From: Pocillopora damicornis
Taxonomy: Eukaryota
Length of the DNA: 64,000 nucleotides
Assembly: GCF_003704095.1 (NCBI RefSeq)
Contig: NW_020844494.1
Coordinates: 248,001 to 312,000, forward strand
Direction: 5' to 3'
A program made the translations under genes and the position numbers. The notes below the pieces were generated by a model. That model was not told the origin of the DNA. It made no database searches and saw only the letters and a program-made list of their open reading frames with translations. Positions 54,961-64,000 of the stretch are shown here, piece after piece; the first letter of the stretch is position 1, and every line of letters begins with the position of its first letter.

Positions 54961-57900
54961 ATGGAGTCCCTGAAGAAGGAATTAGCAAAAATTCAAGTTA
55001 CTGCGCCAGATATCAGTACACTTCCGTGAGTTGTTGTCATCTTTCACCTTGGCTTGTAATTTCAAGTTTGTGTACGAATCGATCTCTAATGCATATGCAG
55101 ACAGCTAACTAAAATTTATCTCTATAAAGTTTTGGTTCACGCATTGTTATTAAGAAAATGGTAGAATATTCAGCAGAACACGATCGTACTACCATAAGTT
55201 GGAGACTCCTTGTACAGGGGCGTACATAAGATGAGTGGACTGGTGTATACACCACTTTTGTATACACTTACAGCATAGTGTAATAGACTACCTCTGACGA
55301 TCTTGTCGGTGGACCACCTCAGTCCATGGCTTCCATACATTCATTGTGTTATATAAGTTAAGTCGTCCAAGGTGGCTCAAAAAATGACATTAAAAATTAG
55401 CTTGTGTAACATCACCGTGTGTGACACTCAGAAAACCATGAACACCAGAACTGTTCATTAAAAGTTATTGCCTTTCAAGGAAGAATTAAATTGTGTGAGA
55501 GGAGGCTAAGCTGGAAACAGTTATGGTGTTAGTTTGAGAATCTGGGTTTTTTCTAGCATGCCCTGAACTTTATAGAGATTGGTCAGTAAACAGTTGACCA
55601 GTCTCAATGAAATGGAAATGTTTACAGTTGTCAGACTTTGGGGAATAGAGGTTCCTGGATAATCCTTGTTTGAGAGCCTTCTTTCTCCTCTTGAAACCCT
55701 TGCATGTGTCTTCCATGTTATGTTAAAAGTCTTAAAGTGTGTTCCTGGAATAATCCTTTGTTTTAATACTCTATGAACATGAAAATAAAACTTAATACAC
55801 AAAATCTATTTACAGTAAATATAAATTTTTTTTATCTCTTGCAGAAACAAAGATGCAGACAGGGCCTCTCTTCCTGAGTCTTACAAGTCCAATACCCCAA
55901 AAGAGAAGCTTCTGCTGTCATTTTGTGAAAACTTTAGACGTCAATTTGTTCACCTATATCGTGATCGAAAGCCATTGTTTTTAAATCCTGTGAATGAATG
56001 TGGAATAGAGGTAATAAGACAGGGGAATTACTAAATGCATTAAAAGCTCAAAATTAACAAGAGTACAATCACCTTTTCAACAGGAGACCCTCAATTTTTC
56101 TTTTAACCCTTTAACTCCCAGAGCAAATTTGTAGTTCTCCTTACTGTCAACCACATAATTCTTATAATGTTAGTTCAGAGAATTTAGAATTAGATCAACT
56201 TATTTTCCCCAAATTGACATTTTTCATTATCCTCATCTCTTATCTGGTTGATGTTGTAGGGGAAATTCTTTCTTGGTCACTCAAAGGGTTAATTAAGATT
56301 TTTCTTCTTTTTATGGAGAAAATATCAAAATGTCTTGGAGATTTAGCTAATTGAACACATATGAGACTTGAGAATTGTTCTTAGGATTAGGGTGAGGGTT
56401 CTGAAACCAAGAGACTTTCAGGGCTGACATAGATTGGTGCATTTGATTCAAAATAGATACTGGATTATTTAATTATGCAATTTTTCTGGTTTCAGAAATT
56501 TGTGTGTACAACAATTCGCCCAACTCTTCTGTCGTACAAGGAGATCTATGATTATGATGGCTGTGCACAGTTTGTTTCTGACTATTTAACATTTTTTCCA
56601 TTAGATCCACCAATTGACTTGGTAAGTCTACTTTTTTTATGAATAAAAGAGGTTTCCTCATATATCTTATTTCAATGTTCTCTTTGTATAATTACACATT
56701 ATGTTTATGTATATTAGATTCAGTTTAAGTTAAATGTTATACAGCTTGTGTGACATTTGTATTTCAATGCTGGGAATAATTACTGATTAGAGTGGTCCCT
56801 GATATTAGCCAGTTGATTTGCGCAGCAGAATTCCAGGTTTCCTCCCCGGTAAGGTCATGTGTAGGGTTCTTGGGTAAGACACTTTACTTTCACAGTGCCT
56901 CTATCTCTGCTTAGGACTCTAAACCTCATTTTGGAATTCACTTCTCTTTCTGACCACTCCCTTACACCGGGGAGAGAAGAAGGAAACCATGGGTTCACAT
57001 GGTCAAGAAGTTTCATATCAGTACCCCTACAGTAGCAACAAATGGTTAGAGAGGCCTGATAAAATGTTTAATAAGACTTAAGGTTAGGGTTACAGGCAGC
57101 TTGTATTGGAGCAGTATGCTGTCCCATAAGAGATTCGCAAAACTCCCAGTTGTTTCATGCCAGAGTGTGTGTTGGGGGGATCTTGTAACTTGTGTGCCAA
57201 ACTATATCTTTGACATATTAAGCTCTAAGCTATAGGAATAACGTGATATTATCTTCTTGTGTTGTCAGCCAAGTGAACTGGTGTCCCCTACAACTATCCT
57301 AACTTGTCAAAAGGGAAACTGTTTTGACTTTAGTGTGCTGCTGTGCTCTTTGCTCATTGGGGCGGGTTATGATGCTTACTGTGTCTGTGGATATGCAACC
57401 AGAGAAACAACACTTATGGATGAAACAAGAGAAATATGTCCTCTTCTGAGGAAAAAAGATGAGGTATGTTAAAAAAACATGCTTCTTTGAATGGGGAACT
57501 AGGCAGTTGTTAATGAAATTCATCACATAATATCTTAGTTTATAAATACCCCTTCTTGTAAAACAAATGCATTTACTAATTGGTTTTACTTTACATGCAG
57601 CCTCAAACTCATTGCAGAAAAAGTGGTACAGCTGTATTTAAAACCTAAAATTAGCCTGGAACAGGAGCCCATTACCACCAGGCTCCTGCTCAGTATTAAT
57701 TCTTCTAAAAAAATAAAAAACTGGATAAAATGTCTGGCCATCCATGGAGTTGACAGGACAAAACCTATATTTGACATGTATTGTTTGCTGAGCAGCTGTT
57801 ATTTTGAGCCTTTTGTGTCTGCTTAACACTTGATATATACTTACAGTTAGTCAAGAAATGTGATGCAAAAAATAAACGGTTTGACTTTGGGTTGTTTTAT

Positions 57901-60900
57901 TAAAAAGGTAACAAAAGAAGAAGTGAAAAAAGAAGTGAAAAAGTACACTGTGAAACCTCCCAAAGATTTAAGAAGCAGGTTTGAAGCTAAAGTTGAGGCG
58001 AAGAAGAAAGCAGAAGAAGATGGAAAGGAAAAGAAGAGGCGCGAGGAAGAAAATGCAAGAATTGCCGTGAGTCTCTAAAATGAAGTCACTTTTAATTAAT
58101 CAAACCAAATACTTTGAAGTTAGATCTTGTAAAATATCATTTTTGTTCATATTGAATTATTTTTTTGTAGGAGCTTGAAAAGCCCAAGCCAGACAAGCTG
58201 CATGGTTTAAGGGTGCACTGCTGGGTGTTGGTCCTATCAGGAAAACGGGAGGTTCCTGAAAGCTTCTTCATTGAGACTCTGACAGGCGTTTGTCACCCTC
58301 TTACACATAATGTTTATCTTGGTATTGAAAGTGTTTGGAATCACAAGAACTATTGGGTTAACATGCAGGATTGCTCACATGGTGTTCAGGTAGGCAGTGA
58401 TGATTAGGTTTGCAGATCAGTATGTGTGGCCTTAAAAATTTATTGATTGCAGAATTTTGCCAAAAATTAAGGAGTAGATTTGTGCAGTTTTTTTGAGGAA
58501 ACGTTAATAATTATGAAAGAATTGGATCAGTGTCAGTCTCTAAGCAACTGAGCACCTACCCCTCCCCTAACCCAAAAGCATTCCGCTGATGACAAGTTAG
58601 GGTTAATGTTTTGTTAGGAGAGGGGTAAGTGTGCATTTGTCCAGATAGGGACATTGATCCAAAAAGTTTCTGTTGTACTGGACATTAATTTTTTGGTATT
58701 TGGTTTACTTTCATAGTTTCTATCTTGTTTGTGTACTGTGGGATGAATTTGCTGTTGTTTTCTTCACAGGATCTTGTTTATGATCTGGGTGATGCATCCA
58801 AATGGGAATTCATGTTTTCCACTACAGACAAACCTCTGTTGATGATTCCTGTGGATGAAGCAGATCCTCTTGACATTGATGATGAAGAGGTACTGTATTC
58901 TGTGTATGGTGGTAAAAGGGATAGCCAGACTAAATATATTTGGACTCCTGGGGGTGGTGAAAGTACTTAAAGATGGTAACATTATGGGGGAGATAGCAAA
59001 GCAAAAATATGAATTGCTTTATTTAATTAGATGCTTTTATGAATCCAAAATGAGTACACAGATGCAAAAAACGACTTAGTCAAGATTTTTTTCTTATTAA
59101 TTTTAACCAAAACAGATCTGAATACAGCATAAATCTTTCAAGTTTCAGTGTGTTGACATGGAAAATTTGTTTGTTGAAAATTCTGGAATCAATGTTTGTT
59201 TTTTTGTTTTTCAGAATGATGATGATGGATCTGATTTTGATCTGCCTCCTTCTTGGGTTTCTCCGATTGAAATTTCACTCAAAGGTAATAAAGTTGCTTG
59301 TCTTTTAGGATGAACAATGGTTAAAAGACAATATTTTTAATTTAACTGTTTGATTTTTGTTTTTTTAATTTTCCCATTTTCCTTTAATTCTCCAAACAGG
59401 AAGGGAACAAGTTGCTTCCAGAATGATAAAACTGATGACTCATTTTTTTTTCAATTTTAGAATTTCAAACCAGGTGTCCTTATGGAAAGAAAACCAAGTT
59501 GTACAAGAAAGCCAAGATAGAGAAATTGGCTGAGTATTTGTTAAAAGATGGTCTGGTGTCTTCACTATCAAGTTACAATGATTATGAATGTGAGTATCCA
59601 GGTTTCAAGAGGTTTTTCCTTTTAATTTTTTTTTTTGCATCTTTGTAAGCATGAAAGGTCAATTGTGTTGAAAGGAGATTTTTATTAAAAACAATTGCCC
59701 TTATCTTTGATACGAAGGAAAAAGAACCGCGAAAAAAACTCCACAAAATCCATGTCGGTAATTTGTGTTATTTTTGCTGTTGTAGTAAAAGATCTCGTTG
59801 AGAAAAAAGAAGTCTACAAACACAGGGTTGATAAGCTGAAGACAAAAGTACATAACATGACCACCGGACTTATTACTGAGTTCTTCACACCAGGAAGGCT
59901 GGACTGTCTCAAAGGTCAGAAACAGTTCATAACATCAGCAAAAGTCTGTTCCTTGCGCGTTTTCTCCAGCCCTATTGTCCGTACGGGCGAGAGAATCATT
60001 CAGAATGCGTTCTCGTCTTAAAAGTATGCCCATCTTCGCAAGTCAAAAGTGTGTGGTTTTCATTATCAATCGAATTTCCGAACGTTCCGTCGACTTCTGA
60101 ACATTGCTGTTGGACCTAGAGACTTTTCGACCACTTTCGATGCTGCCGCAGATTCCTGAGAAAATGTTGGAATCTATTGTTTCAGTTTTGTCATCTGATT
60201 GGTTTTCATTGCCTCGGTAGTCTCGGTTCAGATACATGTTCTTAATTCCGTTTATTGAGATTAGGTGAATCGTTCTGACCGATAGACTTGTTTTGCTTTT
60301 AATAGTCATTGAACCACTTGACTGACCGAGTTTAACCCGGATGGAGAACTCTGAAGCTTTAAAGTGACCTTTTGTTTCTTATTCAGTTACATTTTTTAAT
60401 TATAGAACATACCTACAAGGCGAGCTCACCCGGACCAGAATCCGACAGAACGATGCTCTTTTACTGCAGGTACTGTAAAATAACAGGTTAATCTTGTTTT
60501 CATTTCGTGACTTCTCCTTTAAAGTGGATGTTTGTGAAAAGTTTGACGCTGTATGAACGCATTAATCAAAAAAACTTCAATTACATTCATTTGGCAAAAA
60601 GAACTTTCAATCAGCCTTACCGAGCGACTAATGTTTCTAGGGTTACTTACACAAAACTGACCAACCCGATCACAGGAAAGAACCATTGATTGGCTCAACC
60701 AAAACTGATTAGGAGTCAGTCTTCGTTTCCCATAGTGTGGTCCTTAACAATTTAGATAGTTTGATATGCATAATTTTTAAGAGAAGTCCAGTTTTGTGCT
60801 AAAAATTTAAAAATTTCATTTCGATTTTTTTAAGTAACCTTACTGATATGGAATATTTTTTCAGTGCGCGAATTGACGGCCTTGTAAAGCGTGAGGAATC

Positions 60901-63662
60901 GCCTGAGGAAATGACAGAGAGTTATGTTGATAGAGACGACTTCATGTACTATCGACAGGTTACTTTTGGTAAACGGGTGAAAAAGTTTGGTCCACAGGAG
61001 GCAAACTCAAGACCAATTGTGGTAGGATAAAACCGGTTCCAACTGACATTCTAAATTGTAAAAACTAATTACTGTTTGAGTGGGAAACGTGGAGCAAGCA
61101 TGCGAGAACGAGCGCGGAGCGTGGACCCCGCGAAAGGTGGCTGCAGATTTTGATGCGAGAGGCAAGCTTTCCTGCGGTTACAAGTCTACTATCACAATAG
61201 CAATTACCATTTCTGGAGAAAGGAGGAATGCAGTTGCTTTAAAAAAAACCCAAAGAATGTGTATTTTCTTTTTCCTCAGCCCACCCCCTCGCGTTTGCTT
61301 TTGTTCGTTGCTCGGATGATCATAGATTTTAAGGAAAATTTTCCCTCCTTCAGGAATTCCCCTTGGAATGTCTCCTCTAAAGCCTCTTTATTGGGAATTT
61401 CTTTGGTATTTGATGATAAATCACTCGCATGCTTTAAAACTCCGGTAAGCTTCACAATGTTTTGCTCCCCCCGAACTTGTTTTTGCTACACAGTACCTAT
61501 TATACAGATCGAGGACGGTTGCAGGCATTAGAACCAAAAATTCTGAGATGGAGCTCATATAATTATATGGTTAATCTGTAACGGAAATGGTATCTCTTCT
61601 TTCTTTACAGAAAATAGTTGAGAGATTTCACCGCAACAAAGCTAAAGAAGCAAACGAAGATGTTGCCGAAAGAGTTTTCCTCGTCTCTGATGAGCGAATT
61701 AACTTGACATTTCACTTGGAGGACAACAGAGTAACAGCCTCCACAAGGGAATTCATCCGCCCTCCACACACCACAGAAAAAGGAGGAACACTGACCATGA
61801 CACCCGATATGACAACCACTTTTCAGGTGAGTTTTAAAGTTATTATCAATCTAATGTCAAAACTGATTCCAGATTGAATGGTTTTCCTTAACACGCTCTG
61901 TGATTGGTCCTGAAAATACGCGCCATCCTGTTAACCAATCAGAATCCCAGCTTAAACCTATCGGAGATTGGTCCCACGCGTTTTCCCGCGCTTTCAGCAG
62001 CTTGCTTGGTTTTCTTTGAGTTATTATAAGCTCCTCTCAGTCTTGGTAATTACTTTGTTTTTGAATTTACGATACTCAATCGAAAAGCCCGCTATCACGT
62101 CTGCTTTCAAGAAAAATGGTAGGTCGCAGAGCGCAATTTCTACTTAGTATTTTCAAATGGAGATCACAGTAATCTCATAAACGCAATCTCGTGCCCTTTA
62201 CTTTAATTTTATGCAAGAGAGGATAACTTTTTTTATGTCATTAGGTGGATCCGCTGATCAAACCTCATAAAAACCTCCATGTTTACGAAATGTTGGTGGA
62301 ACTCGTGGATGCTGAAGAACGGAGCACGAACCAGATAAGGGCGTCAGAAGAAGAGGTATCATAATTCGTTTTGTTTTAATATTCCACTATCTAGATTTTT
62401 ACTTTCTTTATACACTCGGTTTAGAAAGTTTTTGTGCTAAAAATCATATAATTTTGAAGGTGAAAGAAATTCTCCAGCTCCGAATCAAAGAAGAAGCTGC
62501 ATCCCAATTGATTGTTTCAGTGTATGATACAGAGAGAAACGAAAAAGCCAAGCTGCATCGCCAAGAACTGGTAAGGTGATTCACTCTAAATACAACTCTT
62601 TTGAGCCAGATCAACCAATCAGATGTAAGCTAAAACCAACTGCGATTTTTCACCTGCGTTTTCCCGCGTTTCAGACAGGTGGCTTGTTTTACTTTGGGCT
62701 CAACCAATCAGATGCAAAACTAAGACCAAACAACCATTGGAGTCTTTACAAAGTATCATTACTATTCGATCGATTAATCGATTCATTTTTCTGGCACCAG
62801 GAACGTAAAGCAGCAGAGGAAGCAATGAAGAAACATGAACTTGAGTTAGATTACCTAGCGCCATTCCTGGCACAGATTGGTGATCCACCGCACATCAGCC
62901 GACAGGAGGCTTATAAACTCAAAGAGGAATGCCTACAGGATCTAAAACACCGTCTTATTGACAAAGCAAACCTCATTCAGGCTAGATTCGAGAAGGTTAG
63001 TACGGTCAAAGTCAAATTGTGAGTCAGTTTCCAGATTTGAAAAGTTTTGAAATTTCGGTTAAAGATCAAAGCCTAATTATTTGCAAGGTTGGCTTTCATT
63101 TTTTTTTTTTGCCACATTGACTGGAGTCACCCTTTGAGAAATCTTAATCTGAGTTTTTGTGCAAGCTATACTTGTGTACCTTCTAAAAAAGAAATTAGAA
63201 GATAACTTAAAATATTGCAGATTTGGCGCATCATGAACTGAACACTCTATCTCGAAAGTTATCCTGAAGATTTACCTTACATGTTTGTGTTATTATTTGT
63301 CATCACGGATAATTATGTTGTGGTGCAAATTTTTACGTCGTTTTATATATTGTAAACCAGTTCGATTTTCATTTTTCTTAGTTTTTTACTCGTTATCACG
63401 AACTAACACAGTACAAAATAAAACTAACATCTATTCTAAATTTCAAATCAATGAAAGATTGTAGAGCGTCATATTCGTGGGTTTGAAAAATTTCTCTGCC
63501 TGACTCTCGTTACCTCACTACAGGAAACTCAAGAATTACAACGCAAGCAGAGTTGGTATCAGCAGAATCAAGTGTCCATGACAAAAGAAGACGAAGAAGA
63601 ATACCTCAACTATTGCAGCGAGGCCATGTTTAGAATACATATCCTTGAACAACGCCTTAACA
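54961..63662 (+). CDS. DRC7: Dynein regulatory complex subunit 7 (CCDC135); 3' end continues beyond the window
   Basis: ENFRRQFVHLYRDRKPLFL.PVNECG, KFVCTTIRPT, GNCFDFSVLLCSLLIGAGYDAYCV, HCWVLV, YLGIESVWNHKNYWVNMQ, DYLAPFL, FRIHILEQRL; about 17 GT-AG exons visible. Confidence 0.95.
56103..56292. mobile_element. piggyBac-like MITE in a DRC7 intron
   Basis: TTAACCCTTT...AAAGGGTTAA termini. Confidence 0.75.
56790..57175 (+). mobile_element. tRNA-derived SINE (CORE-like), interrupted
   Basis: gttcttgggtaagacactttactttcacagtgcctct core; the 3' part resumes near 57020. Confidence 0.55.
58524..58660. mobile_element. Palindromic MITE in a DRC7 intron
   Basis: Inverted arms GGATCAGTGTC...CACCTACCCCTCCCCTAAC and GTTAGGAGAGGGGTAAGTG...GACATTGATCC. 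Confidence 0.7.
61875..62096. repeat. Dispersed GATTGG/CCAATC-rich MITE-like repeat (related copies at ~12270-12470, ~20850-21345, ~32877-33060, ~62590-62780)
   Basis: Recurrent blocks ccaatcag...cgcgttttcccgcg...tcaatcgaaaa shared between loci. Confidence 0.55.
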
Positions 63663-64000
63663 GGTACTACAGTGCACAAAATGCCACTACCACGAAAATC
63701 CACTGGTATCTGTAGCTTGAAAGTCTGGTAACGCTATGCAAAGGTTAAATTGCTGCCTAGTGCATTGTGTACTTTTTTGTTAGGCCTGGTCATTGTATCG
63801 CGACGGTTGTCTGTCTTTCGAAAAAACGAGATATAAGTGTACTATCAATGCAAACGAGGACGAGAGTTTGTTAAAATAGGAATTATTCGCGGATTTGAAC
63901 GTGACACGTTTACAACCTAAGGCAAAATGAACCCTGATTTTACTCTTTTTGGATTGTGCCTTACGTCAACGCTAAAGAAAATCGCAAAAATATCGTGTCT

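Noticed and set aside
57269-58389. Transglutaminase-like Cys/His motifs (GNCFDF, HCWV) as a novel enzyme
   Set aside because: Known feature of the DRC7/CCDC135 family.

Overview
Eukaryotic, AT-rich, intron-containing genomic DNA. The repeat families and gene structures suggest a cnidarian, most likely a stony coral (inference). The window is a compact housekeeping-gene neighbourhood: 3' end of MOK kinase, MAD2L1BP, COG2, an unidentified intronless 618-aa coiled-coil ORF, PSMA6, PPM1A/B, a GON7-like gene, a C14orf119 homologue, UQCC3, GLO1, SLC30A6, CEBPZOS, DCAF5 and most of DRC7. I spliced these by hand from GT/GC-AG boundaries, and the gene names rest on remembered protein sequences, not database searches. 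Ten genes form five head-to-head pairs (about 100-320 bp between start codons) that share candidate promoter motifs. Three spliced microprotein genes (GON7-like, UQCC3, CEBPZOS) are partly or wholly missed by the ORF track. Repeats include an internally deleted RTE-type LINE, tRNA-derived SINEs, TTAA-flanked piggyBac-like MITEs, other hairpin MITEs, and inverted Penelope-like remnants with degenerate hammerhead-ribozyme cores. A decayed coding-like region lies at about 29-31 kb. I found no convincing wholly new biological system. The best leads are the invertebrate GON7 candidate, the shared divergent-promoter motifs and the Penelope/hammerhead fold-back insertion.
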